A DNA stretch of 64,000 nucleotides from Haliotis rufescens (GCF_023055435.1 NW_025963846.1:8742001-8806000), one strand, 5' to 3'. Shown: positions 49,916 through 63,164, counted from the stretch's first letter. Notes: a model not told the origin generated them from the letters alone. Numbers and translations: made by a program.

Positions 49916-52900
49916 ACAGAACCTACCCACACATAAGTTGTCACAGTAGTATACTTATCTATATATTCAAGGCATAATATTTACAATACATTCATCCGAG
50001 GTACGACAATGTTGTTATTTATCTGAATTTAAATCAGATAGCATATATTTGATAACAATATCATGACACTGACATTCTCTTACTTAACAACGATGTGTAG
50101 GAAAGGAATTTCAAGAAAGTGGAGCATGTGATGAATCGGATCTGTCCCAGTAGGATCCATGTTAATATTAATACAGAGTTACATCCGTCATATTCTCTGC
50201 CCGAAAGGTGATAGTGCCACGTGGCCACAGTGAGTTAAAGGGCACCTTTCATCTTGAAATTAATTATCCTATTGGTTTGTAAACTCAATGGATCCATCAC
50301 ACAGGAAACATGATGCACCAGTTAGAGTAGGCTGAACCCATAAGTCCATTATCATCGGAACATGTTATCTTTATCACATCATGGGATGATCTTCCCATCA
50401 CGTCCCTACACCAGTGCCTTGGGGAGCCAACAGTACTAAAGCACCGCCCCTGGGGAAACAGTAACCATATACAGACATCACCTGAATAGACCCAAACTAA
50501 CTTCTGACGCCTCAAAACACTCAAGTTGAAAGACGCAAATTTGTAGCCTGACGAATATAATCACAGGACAAGGACTAATTGGATCACGCAAAACGTATTA
50601 TAATATTGGTATTCCAAGGTGCTTGGTTCAGCCGGGTATTGTATTAATTACCATGGTTATTCTGACCGCGACAATGGTGCAGTGACCAGAGACAGACACA
50701 GCTATTCTTAGCCCGCTCATTCAGGTAATGAAATTTGTCGACTGTTGCAAGGGATGGACCTCAGCTCTCAGACCAGCACGAACCATTACGAACATATCCA
50801 ATTATTATCGATTTGATTGGAACATGGGCACCTAAAGTAACGAGAACGTTGTTACCACGTCCACGTCGCGGCACGCTCAGTCGGTTCCACGATGACGTTA
50901 ATGCTGACGGAATCACCTCCAAATAGAATTCTGAAATGTCTTTGTAATCCAAAGATATCTCATATCCAAGGTTTTTGACTGTTTGCATTTACTAATGAAA
51001 ATGTGGTTTGGAGTTTGGAAGGCCTGGCGACTCTGATGAAACACAGAGCATGGGTATGGTGTTGACGATTGAAGATCATAATAAGAGCGAGTCTGGGATT
51101 CGAACCCATGATCAAAAGATACTGCCAGGCCCTTGGGACACCACTCACAACGTCTAACATTGACGGGAGTGTAGAGGTAGTGGTTTGCGCGTTCACGCAG
51201 TAATCCTGAGTTTGACTCTCATGGAAATGTAATCACTTTGATGCCATATTTTGTATTCTGTGATATTCAATACACCCGTGACCTTAGACAAAACCCACAG
51301 GAAAGTGACATATCAAAGAGATATGTCCAACGATATTATAAACAGTTTAAAGAACAAACCCATGCGTTGCATTTTCAATTTTCAAACATTCGTTTATAAT
51401 CATAATTAATAATACTTAATAACTAATGCCATTAAAAATATGAATAACCCATTTCCATAATCAGAAGAAATCTTCATTGCACGATTCCGATTATATCAAG
51501 CGCATGTGCTTATGAATCACTATAGAATAGCCATGATTCCAGGTCTTCGCGAAAAGGTCAGCGTATCCTGCCCCACCGGTCAACCATACATATCCTGACT
51601 CCCTATTCCCACCCACACATCTCCACCGTTCACATCACCACCCCCCAACCACCACCACCCACACCGAATGAGCCAGCATCAGGTCTCTAGGGATACCTTT
51701 GATATTTAAATCCGTAATCTTCTCGTAACACGCTCAGCAATAGAATAAATACGTGTTTTTCCTTCGTGGGCGTTATGCTATTTAAGAATTATTGTTTGAA
51801 GGGTGCTACTTTTTTTAAAACATAATTGTATTTAGTATTTGTATGGGAAGGATTTCCTGAAATCGTCGTTGGCAATGTCTGATTGAGGTGTCAGCTCACA
51901 GTTGTAGCTTAAGGGCATAATGATATTTACATTGATTAGAAAACAGATACCCCATCTGTGTGACGGCTTCGCTATTGGAGTGGGAAGTTCAGTCTTCACG
52001 TTTGCGTTCCCTAATCAAATTCTTACTTTGCTAGTTTCCGGGTCAGCCGAAGCCACGCAGTGTGATAAATGCTTAATCACGATTGGATGAAAAGGTTTAG
52101 TGAAAGGGAACTATTCTTAAGGCAAGCTTCGTTGTACCAATACCGTCTATTTGAAAATCTGGATAAAGAAAATACAATATAACAAATAACTATTCACGCT
52201 TTTTTGTTTCCACTGTTTTGAGAGCAATATGGATATTTGCCCAACATATGTCGTTTCCGATGACGATTTGGCACTTGGCTGCTTCTTCAATCAGAATATT
52301 TTCAGTTCATATAACCGCTCCATTTGCTGCATCGATCGTATGTTAGGATGAGCGAGTGTGAATGACAGGCCATATGCTTTGACTGCAGAAACCAAGCTAT
52401 TAATTCATACATTTATTTGCTTTTATTGACAGAGTGCATAATTGATCCGATCAGCTGGAATAGGTTTAATATCAGCAACCGGATCTATAACGTACTCCGG
52501 GACCCAGGATTAAAGCTGGTAAACGAATGAAGATTTAGATATACATGACGGAATAAGAGCCATATTTCAAATACTGACAAGTGTCATTTTATCCAAATAG
52601 GTCAAATATCTACGGATGATCATCCTTTCGGGCAGATACCCCATGACAAAGCTCTCTTCCCATCGCCGAAGTGTTCGTAAAGGACAGTGATAAGCGGGAA
52701 TATCATTCATCATCAGTATCTATACGCCTCATGCCCTAATCGATGAATTCAGCTTTTGTATAACAGAATACTGCTATAGAAAAACTAGGAAACCGCGCGC
52801 GGTTACATGGCCCGATAGACACCTGATGCCCTCGTCGATCATTGTTCAGTTACAATAGATTAACCAGCATCATGGACAGAATGGTTAAATGGTTGGGTTT

Positions 52901-53021
52901 TTTTAACAGGCCTGCTAGAATCCTATGCCAATGCTATGACTTGGCAGTATCATCCATAACTGGCCTCCACGGGAGATTTCGCTGCAATGAAATTGCATCA
53001 TAATGCTTTGCAGACCACCAT

Positions 53022-53174
53022 GAGTGAGTGAGTGAGTGAGTATGGTTTTACGCCGCTTTTAGCAATATTCCAGCAATATCACGAAGGGGACACAAGAAAT
53101 GTACCCATGTCGGGAATCAAACCCGGGTCTTCGGCGTGACGAGCTAACGCTTCAACCACTAGGCTACCCGACCG
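53022..53174 (-). mobile_element. SINE family A copy (internal deletion)
   Basis: Similarity to 30033-30195. Confidence 0.8.
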
Positions 53175-53436
53175 TCACTGCAGACAATCAAATGACATCA
53201 CTAATCTCCCTGCTATTGAAGCTGGTTATCAGTAGTATTTACACTAAAAAAGTTGGAAGAATGATGTTGGGTTACAAATAGAATCTAATCCTTATGTCTT
53301 TTGTTATATATTATCAACACACGTCAATTCATATTTAAAACTCCTCGGCAAACTCCTCGACTTATCGAGGTGAGATTTTATATTTAGTTAATTACAATTC
53401 ACAGACCTATATCAATATTTTAATAATTATTCTTAT

Positions 53437-53710
53437 GGCGCCCAGTCGTCTAAGGCGCCGCGATTCGTTGTGCAGAGTTGCGTCCCTTGGGCACGCCAGA
53501 AACCTATGGTTGTGGGTTCGAATCCCGGTTCGACCCGATTATGTCTCTAGGTTTGTCAGCACCATACCCGTGCTCGTGTGTTTCACCGAAGTGGTAAACG
53601 TCCGAGACCTGCATCATTTCGGGCTTTCCTCCCACATTAAGCTGACACGCCGTGATATGACTGGAATACTGTTAAAAGCGGCGTTAAACCCAACTCACTC
53701 ACTCACTCAC
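53437..53710 (+). mobile_element. SINE family C copy
   Basis: A/B boxes and (CTCA)n tail; accounts for ORF 53435-53758. Confidence 0.88.
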
Positions 53711-54047
53711 TTGATGCAATCGTCTGGAGGCGCCCACTCTCGGTTCACCAAAGTATAACGTCTCCGTTCTATTATGATAAATACCCTGGACCCATAGCTT
53801 CGTCTCGGAAGTGACGCAACTATGTCCTATCACAAACTTAGCACAGGGTGTCTCTCGCTCATTAGAGTAAATTCACTGGATGACTAGCTTTAGTGTTGCT
53901 CCGACCTAAGAGGGCTACAAATGAAAGCACAATAGCGAAATTGTCAGAATATTTTACTAAAATTGAGGTATAATACACTGGATGATTGAGGGTGCAGGCA
54001 GACGTAAAAGAGCTGGAATATTTGTTTTCTGTAACGTAATACAATAT

Positions 54048-54301
54048 TGTTTGTTTGTTTAACGCCGCACTTAGTAATATTTAAGATTTATAACTGCAGT
54101 TATGTAAATAACAAAGTCTTGACCAGACAATCCAGTGATAATATCATGAGCATCGATCTACGCTTTCAGATACGATCACATGTATTATTCCTGTCAGAGA
54201 ATCTGACCACCCGATTCCGTTAGTCGCCTCTTACAAGGATAGTCCCTGTTACGGCAAGCATGGGTTGCTAAAGACCTATTCTTATCTGGATCTTCACGGG
54301 G
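54048..54301 (-). mobile_element. Family B copy
   Basis: Similarity to the other family B copies. Confidence 0.8.
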
Positions 54302-54354
54302 CGTAATACAATATTAACTCCCCGTGATACAGACACAGACATCCGACAGTGGTG

Positions 54355-54747
54355 ATGAATGTTGGCTGACTGTGGACTGACTGTGGACTGACTGTGGACT
54401 GAGTATGGACCGACTGTGGACTGAATATAGACTGAATGTGGATTGAATATGGACTGACTGTGGATTGAATATGGACTGAATGTGGACTGAATATGGACGG
54501 ACTCTGGACTGACTGTGGACTGACTGTGGATTGAATGTGGACTGAATGTGGACTGAATATGGACTGACTGTGGACTGAGTATGGACGGACTCTGGACTGA
54601 CTGTTGACTGAATGTGGACTGAATATGGACTGAATGTGGACTGAATATGGACTGACTGTGGATTGAATATGGACTGAATGTGGACTGAATATGGACTGAC
54701 TCTGGACTGACTGTTGACTGAATGTGGACTGAATGTGGACGAGGACT
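54355..54747. repeat. 10/11-bp minisatellite (tggactgaatg / tggactgactg)
   Basis: About 36 units; source of the Ser/Gln/Pro ORFs. Confidence 0.92.
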
Positions 54748-55232
54748 GTCCTAATGGTATGGATGTATTCAGCGAAGTAGATCCATGCTCGCCCCTGAAC
54801 AACAACAGAGCGTGACAAGGACACGCCGTGTATTCCACTCGGGCTTGTCCCTGCCTCTTCTCGATTAACTTGGACTCTTATCGCGTAATGAAAACCTGCT
54901 GTCATTCCTTATTAACGACCACTGTCCAATTGAAGCGATCCGAGGTGGAAGTCAGTGACCGGAAATTGCTGTAGTTCCATGAGGTGACCAGCTCAGATGG
55001 TGAATAATTTCTCCTGGATGCCAGCATCCGATCAACAGATGTTATCTACCTAGGGATGTTTCAGTCGAGGGCCAAAGTAAGAGCCATGCATAATAAAAAG
55101 CAGCTGTCTACAACTGGTGAGCCTCCAGGCAGTAGGAAAACTCCCTAAAGTCTTTAATATTGGTGGTTCAGATTTTCATAGCGATTTTGTAACATATGTT
55201 TTAGAACTGCGATATTCGCCAGTAGTTACGGA

Positions 55233-55692
55233 TACAATCCTACATAATTCTACACAAAATCCTTCATGGCACATAATCCTACACATCACATAACCCTACA
55301 CATATTCCTAAATTACGCATAATCCTACATAACACGTAATTCTTCATGCTACATATTCGATATAATCCTTCATGACACATTATCATATACAACATATAAT
55401 CCTTCATTACACATAATCATACATAACACATAATCCTTCATACCCCATAATCGATATAATCAATCATAACACAGTATCCTATGCAACACATAATCTTTTA
55501 TAACACCTAATCCTGCATAACACATAATTCTTCATACCACATAATCGATATAATCCATCATAACACACTATCTTATGCACCACATAATCTTTCATACCAC
55601 ATAATCCTTAATACCACATTATCGATATAATCCTTCATAATATATTATCCTGTACAACTCATAATCCTTCACAAATCATAATCATACACAAC
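55233..55692. repeat. Degenerate ~17-bp minisatellite (acacataatccttcata); resumes at 56497-56552 after the insertion
   Basis: Repeated cataatcc motif. Confidence 0.8.
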
Positions 55693-56496
55693 GGTGTCCT
55701 CCCATTAGTTAGACGTCCCAATAGTAAGACAGCTTATAACAACACTTTAAACGGTTGAGTGCACACTAATCCTTATGCTTGTTACCTCAGACTTTAAAAT
55801 GGAATAGTCCAGATAAGATCTGACAAACAAAGCAAAGTAGCTTTAAATAGATACTTTAATATTATACTTAACATTTAATGACACTTTACATTTGATAAAT
55901 TTTATACAGTTTGTAACAACACTTTGTGACAGTTTTTGGTAATGTACACTTTACATTTAATAACTGTTACAGTTTATTTATCGCCGACAGTCGTACATTT
56001 CTCATTGCACGTCTTGACGACACATCTCCAATGTGTGCAGGTTTGCCTCTCGCGGTTTCTGTTGTAAATATATCCATCTAATATCAACTGCTTACTTCCA
56101 CCCCTGAGAGGTGATGTACTCCTCTCCTTAAACCAGCCATATCGATACTGATAATGACACGTACCTCAAGATCATATTTATTTGTTTGATAAGTAGATAA
56201 TCTAAACTCAACTCCTCCAACTGATCATACAGTAAGACAATTAAGCTACTCCATAGTTTACATAGTTAATCTCATGCCTATTGAACCTGTGCTGAGAGTA
56301 AGGTAATTTAGGTTAATCAAACGAAATTGTAACATATATACTCCCTAAACTGTGAGTCCCCTATCCCTACTCAGTACTTTAATCTAATAAGGACTGATCC
56401 ATTACACCTGTAGGTATACTCCCTCTTTGCCTAAATAAAAATGTCTAACAATTGGGACATCTAACTAATGGAACGTCTAACTAATGGGATATAACC
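55693..56496. mobile_element. 804-bp non-autonomous DNA transposon (GG..CC ends, 8-bp TSD; Merlin-like) inserted into a minisatellite
   Basis: Inverted termini ggt....tcccattagttagacgtccca / tgggacatctaactaatgg...cgtctaactaatggga....acc; TSD tacacaac at 55685-55692 / 56497-56504. Confidence 0.75.
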
Positions 56497-57505
56497 TACA
56501 CAACACATCGTCCTACACAACACATAATCCAACATAACACATATCCTACATGATTCTGAGAGAAACAGACAATCTACAAAATCAAGTTTACTCGATTTAC
56601 AAATGCCTTATTGGGCACCTACTCACTATAACAAAATAAATCCATTCGTTTTAAATCCTTATGGTAATACGCCAATGAGAGGAAGTTTGCTCAAGACTCG
56701 CATTAATAGGCTTGATCCTCTATATGGCATACGAAATGATAATAATGGCAATAAATAGATAAATATATTTATATATATTGGATCGTTGATTGAACCAATA
56801 TAGATGAATCTCCTAGCTCTCTTTCAAAGTCTTTAAACACATCGAGTATTCCACGACCAGTGAGCGTGTGAAAAAAACAATATATCACCGGCATCGGACA
56901 CGTATTGCCAATAATTTGCAACGAACGTAGATTATCCTACAGGTGGATTAAAGCCGTCTTTTCTACGCACAATGTTGAAAATGGTAAATAAGAGTTTATG
57001 GAGAAAAAGGGAGATTTCCTATCAAATTTGCATCGATTTGAGCCTGAATTCGCCGACGCTCGGGTATAATCCGAACTGTGAAAGTACCGCGGCTCTAGAG
57101 TAGTGGCAACACGGATAACGGTATCCTGGTCCTGCGGTAATGTTGTCCATACGACTGATTAGATAAATCAAATTGCTGGCAAAAAGACGAATCCACGCCA
57201 GGCTTGCAAAACTCGTAGTGCATCATTATAAGTCGACGAGAACAGTTTGGACCAGAGATTCTCCTGGCCATGCATAAAGAATTCCGTTCCACAAGCTGCT
57301 AATCAGTTTGGAAGGCGTGAACACGTGTCCCATGTGTAATACAATACAGCATTATGTCGTTAAACTTTTTCACAAACAAACTTTATTGCCAAAATAAATC
57401 ATGTAAAAGCTTCCGTTAAATATTGCTCTCCGCAAGTGATGAACAATAAGAAGAGTTGGGATCAATCATTCTTCTTGGCCGTACAAGTGGATTTCGACAT
57501 GTTTG

Positions 57506-57606
57506 TGTAATAAGTTATTCATGAAAACGATAACCGAGTGTAAGATTAGCAATGGTGGGGATCTGATCGTACACTACGTAATCGCGTTCATGAATAACTT
57601 ATTACA
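57506..57606. repeat. 101-bp imperfect palindrome
   Basis: Perfect 20-bp outer arms tgtaataagttattcatgaa / ttcatgaataacttattaca; imperfect inner arms. Confidence 0.75.
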
Positions 57607-57704
57607 TAAACCAAAGTATCCATGGAAACGAAAAAACCTTAAATTTTAATCACAAGATCAGATCATTCATCCTGCTCAGAGGCTACCGTATACGGAACAG
57701 ACAT

Positions 57705-57966
57705 GATAGGCTTCTGTTTGGCGTCTGCCCGAAGAGCGGAAGGTCGGTGGTTCGATCCCCGGTCGCGTCATACTAAAATACGTTAAGAGATGGTACTTGT
57801 TGTTTCCCTGCTTCGGTTTTAAGAAGAACAACAAGGACTATTCGGCTCGGAGTCAGTATACTGTGTCTGTGTATGGTATTCATTTTTAACTGCAAAATGG
57901 TATCTCCGTGTTCGCACGTCGCCATATGTGTGCAACAGTCTTAATCTTGAGCGCGATCCTATTTCC
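57705..57966 (+). mobile_element. SINE family D copy (diverged)
   Basis: Similarity to 63165-63460. Confidence 0.75.
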
Positions 57967-57984
57967 CATGCCTCTTCTATTTCA

Positions 57985-58095
57985 GGGGCGGTGGGGTAGT
58001 CTAGTGGTTGAAGTGTTCGCTCTTCACGCTGAAGGCCTTGCGTGCCCATGCGTGATATTGCTGAAATTGCTCAAAACGGCATAAAACCATATTCT
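57985..58095 (+). mobile_element. SINE family A copy (internally deleted)
   Basis: Head and tail match family A. Confidence 0.7.
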
Positions 58096-59006
58096 CGTGT
58101 TTGAGACTTGCTAATATATATTGTTTTGTATCACAGCAAATACTGGTAACAGAAATGACAATGAACTATTTTGACAATTTTTAAAATAAGATTACCTCGG
58201 AAAACCTATAATCGGTGCCTAGTACAGCCAAAGGCCGCAACACTGAACACTTGGCCAACCTTAGGCATGAGACTCTATTATATAACAGGTATCCGTGGTG
58301 TGTTGTTGCCCACGGCTCAAAACAACAAACAAACATGTACTGTACTCCCAGATGGTGTTTACCAACAGTAATAGCCACTAGCAGCCATTAAACGAATGCT
58401 TGTTGGACAAACTTCCATTCCGATACTTTTATATCAATTACGGAATCTCTAAATCTTACGAATGTACCCCAAAACACTTTATCAAACGTCAAATGGATAC
58501 AACTATTGTGTAAAACTGAAAATTTCGCAGAGAACCTGTTATATCTGCCATCTTGATATATATTTGGTATAAATTGTCTTTATCATTTAACTAAAGCATT
58601 TATCCATGACATAAGCTTATGACATAAAAACATGTATGAGATACCCCAATGACATAAATATGCAAATTAGATATGCAAATTAGATAACCGGAAGTGGGAC
58701 TTTTTTCGCCGGTGCACGTGAGTAGGTGTTTACAAACAACATGGATACCTTTGATGTTGGAGACATTATTTCAATTATTCTGCAAAAGTCTGTTCAAGTA
58801 TTTTGTTTAAAATAATCCGAGGAACTTTTTTTCTCAGCGAAGGAATATGCCATAAAGGGGTTAAGAGGTTGTTTATTTTGGTTTACACGGCTATGGAAAA
58901 CATGTATCACTACGCACGATCTATACGTAAGATTTCGACAAGTTGCTGATGTTAATGTTTAATGCAATTATTCCTTAATTGGGAAGCAAAAATGTGAATA
59001 TGATAA

Positions 59007-59158
59007 ATAGAATTCATCACTCGTGTTTTTTAATATGGGAAATATCAACCTCGTCCCGTTAATCGGTATTTGCCTCGCCAAAGGCTCGGCAAATACCGAT
59101 TAACTAAGACTCGGTTGATATTTCCCATATTAAAAAACACTCGTGATGAATCCTCTAT
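59007..59158. mobile_element. Palindromic (foldback) MITE-like element
   Basis: About 70-bp arms nearly perfectly complementary around gcctcgccaaaggctcggc. Confidence 0.75.
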
Positions 59159-59497
59159 GTATATACTCATGAACCACCGTTGGTGGTTTGGAGAATACAA
59201 CTTTTCTTGTCCTAACAGTTACAAAGTTACAAAGTAAACTATTGCTATATGGTTATTTAATCTGTCTCCGAATTAACAACTCTATACGTTTATCCCCCTG
59301 AAATTACCACGCACATCTGGCTTGATTGTAAACATGTAGATCTCTGATATATGCTTCACAGTCCCTGGAACCAGGATCCATAAATCACACGCTTTACCGC
59401 CATATAATTCTCTCCGTCAGCGAGTTAATTGTATGGTACTTAATGGCTGCCATCAAGGAGGGTCGCATGTGACATTTGTGCCAAAGTCTTCAAAGCT

Positions 59498-60588
59498 ATA
59501 CAGCATTGTAGTCCATAGTATACAGCATTGTAGTCCATAGTATACAGCATTGTAGTCCATAGTATACAGCATTGTAGTTCATAGTATACAGCATTGTAGT
59601 CCATAGTATACAGCATTGTAGTCCATAGTATACAGCATTGTAGTCCATAGTATACAGCATTGTAGTTCATAGTATACAGCATTGTAGTCCATAGTATACA
59701 GCATTGTAGTCCATAGTATACAGCATTGTAGTTCATAGTATACAGCATTGTAGTCCATAGTATACAGCATTGTAGTCCATAGTATACAGCATTGTAGTTC
59801 ATAGTATACAGCATTGTAGTCCATAGTATACAGCATTGTAGTTCATAGTATACAGCATTGTAGTTCATAGTATACAGCATTGTAGTCCATAGTATACAGC
59901 ATTGTAGTCCATAGTATACAGCATTGTAGTTCATAGTATACAGCATTGTAGTCCATAGTATACAGCATTGTAGTCCATAGTATACAGCATTGTAGTTCAT
60001 AGTATACAGCATTGTAGTCCATAGTATACAGCATTGTAGTCCATAGTATACAGCATTGTAGTTCATAGTATACAGCATTGTAGTCCATAGTATACAGCAT
60101 TGTAGTCCATAGTATACAGCATTGTAGTTCATAGTATACAGCATTGTAGTCCATAGTATACAGCATTGTAGTCCATAGTATACAGCATTGTAGTTCATAG
60201 TATACAGCATTGTAGTTCATAGTATACAGCATTGTAGTTCATAGTATACAGCATTGTAGTTCATAGTATACAGCATTGTAGTTCATAGTATACAGCATTG
60301 TAGTTCATAGTATACAGCATTGTAGTTCATAGTATACAGCATTGTAGTCCATAGTATACAGCATTGTAGTCCATAGTATACAGCATTGTAGTTCATAGTA
60401 TACAGCATTGTAGTTCATAGTATACAGCATTGTAGTTCATAGTATACAGCATTGTAGTTCATAGTATACAGCATTGTAGTCCATAGTATACAGCATTGTA
60501 GTTCATAGTATACAGCATTGTAGTTCATAGTATACAGCATTGTAGTCCATAGTATACAGCATTGTAGTCCATAGTATACAGCATTGTA
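59498..60588. repeat. 22-bp minisatellite, about 49 copies, one C/T variable site
   Basis: tatacagcattgtagt(c/t)catag. Confidence 0.97.
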
Positions 60589-61299
60589 GACCAGAACTGA
60601 TCATGGCAGTGCAGGGGGTTATCTCCCAAAACCCCTACATCCCATTTCCCCTACAACCCAGTTCCCCTACAATTAGTTAAAACAACACGCGGCATTTACC
60701 TGTCTGGCATTATGAACTCACCTAAAGGAGAGATTAAGGTCTGGAGTAGAGGTAGTAGAAATGAAAGGGGTAGAGCTTTATGGGATAAGGGGACTTAAAG
60801 GAAAGTTTTAAAAAAAATTAATTATTGTAAGTGTAATGAAAGATGCCTGTATGATGAGAAGATCCTGAAGTCTGCAAGAAGAGCAGCTGGCCTACCCCTA
60901 CTACCCAAGAACAAGATCCCATTTGAGATGAAATTTATTATAATGTATTATGAATTTCTCAATCTATTCGTGTTTCTTGGGTTGTTCCATTGTATGAAAT
61001 AGGTAACAGACTAGGGATTAGCAGTGCCATGGACCGTGAACTTTGTTGTCTTAAGCTGCAGGGTCACCGGGGCCAACAGAACGGTCGGAAAGGTGCGGCC
61101 GACAATTCTATAAACTGTCCCCGGGGATAGGCCCTGAACCGCAGGGGGACAACAGTCTAATAAATGTAGATTAAGTTTACGTAGCATAATGTGCCAAGGT
61201 AAAACCACTGCATCAATGTTTGAGGTCAGGTCGGCACCTCGGCGTTGGAGGTCTGACGTTGATATTGGAGAAGGAGGTTTAGGTATAGCAGACGTAAGG

Positions 61300-61583
61300 G
61301 TGAGTGAGTGAGTGAGTTGGGTTTAACGCCGCTTTTAACAGTATTCCAGTTATATCGCGGTGTGTCAGCTTAATGTGGGAGGAAAGCCCGAAGTGATGCA
61401 GGTCTCAGACGTTTACCACTTCGTTGAAACCCACGAGCTCGGGTATGGTGCTGACAAACCAAGAAACATAATCGGGTCGAACCGGGATTCGAACCCACAG
61501 TCATAGGTTTCTGGCGTGCCCAAGGGACGCAACTCTGCACAGCGAATCGCGACGCCTCAGACTACTGGGTCACCTGTGCCCCT
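61300..61583 (-). mobile_element. SINE family C full-length copy
   Basis: Near-identical to 10628-10906. Confidence 0.88.
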
Positions 61584-61770
61584 CTGTAGACGCAAGAAAA
61601 AGACGTCAACGCCAGAGTAGAACCAGTCTCGATTGTCTGCCGATACAGATTCCATTGGTCGAAAATGCACACAAGAAAATGGTATGAATGGTTCAATGAA
61701 AATCAGGGATGACACTGGGCGTTCGCGCAAGGGGCAAGCATGTCCTGCCTTACCGGTAACACCGGCCCTC
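61584..61770 (-). repeat. Dispersed repeat family F (also near 31075-31148, 32535-32710 and 51535-51585)
   Basis: Shared core accggt..gcaggaca(t/c)gct.....tt(t/g)cgcgaacacc(t/c)ggtgtc in four places. Confidence 0.55.
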
Positions 61771-61989
61771 ACAGAATCTACATGAAAACTGTAAGTTAGG
61801 AAAGTGCGTGTACGTATGTGAACCACACTTAATCCATCTAATGAAAACTATCGGAGGGGACATCGTCATTTTCCATCAAGCAAACGTGTTTATAAATCAT
61901 ACATTCAGATAGAAATATGTAATGTATTATACATACATACAGAAATATTATCCTGCAATTATATTTATATTTTTTTGTACACCACTTTC

Positions 61990-62615
61990 ATACACGCATA
62001 TTTGTCACATATACCTCTTTTGTACGCACATATTTGTCACATATACTACATTAATACACACATATTTGTCACATGTACCACATTAATACACACATATTTG
62101 TCACATATACCACATTAATACACACATATTTGTCACATATAACACATTAATACACACATATTTGTCACATATACCACATAATTACACACATATTTGTCGC
62201 ATATACCACATTAATACACACATATTTGTCACATATACCACATAATTACACACATATTTGTCGCATATACCACATTAATACACACATATTTGTCACATAT
62301 ACCACATTAATACACACATATTTGTCACATATACCACATTAATACACACATATTTGTCACATATACCATATTAATACACACATATTTGTCACATATACCA
62401 CATAATTACACACATATTTGTCGCATATACCACATTAATACACACATATTTGTCATACATACAACATTAATACACACATATTTGTCGCATATACAACATT
62501 AATACACACATATTTGTCACATATACCACATTAATACACACATATTTGTCGCATATACCTCTTTCGTACGCACATATGTATCACATATACCATTTTCGTA
62601 CACACTTATTTGTCA
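61990..62615. repeat. 32-bp minisatellite (about 19 copies)
   Basis: tacacacatatttgtcacatataccacattaa. Confidence 0.93.
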
Positions 62616-62659
62616 ACAACAGTCCATTGATACACACGCATTTGCTATGAATACCGTAT

Positions 62660-62733
62660 GCACACACGCACACACAAACTCACACACGCACGCAAGCACG
62701 CGCACACACACAGACACACACACACACACACAC
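62660..62733. repeat. Imperfect (CA)n microsatellite
   Basis: Visible dinucleotide units. Confidence 0.85.
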
Positions 62734-63164
62734 TGTCATGTATTCTTCATAAAACGCAGACATGTCAATAATGATACGTGTCATATGCACGTCACATATG
62801 AATACCCAAGTCTATCAATACAGCAGTAAGTAGCGGTTAAAGTACTTGGCCATTATCTACTGAGATCCCAGCATTACGGTGGCGGACATAATACCACAAT
62901 ATGTAGACAGCCATTATGCTTTTCCCCAGCAGCTGCGCTCGACACATATAGCAGGGAATAGACTGCAAAAACATGCACGTTTTACTGCCGGCGATTGTCA
63001 TAGGATGTCAGTACACGTGCATCGTCTGTTCTATTCTGCACGTCGTTGAAAGACGTTGAATAAATTTAATAACTACAACGAAGGGAAAGAGCAGCAAAAT
63101 TCTTCCAAAACATATCTTTCCATGATCGGAGAATACACATGTACTGTGGGATACAATATATTGA

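Noticed and set aside
54294-54905. 203/174-aa Ser/Gln/Pro ORFs
   Set aside because: 10/11-bp minisatellite artefacts.
59440-60232. 256-aa and shorter repetitive ORFs
   Set aside because: 22-bp satellite artefacts.
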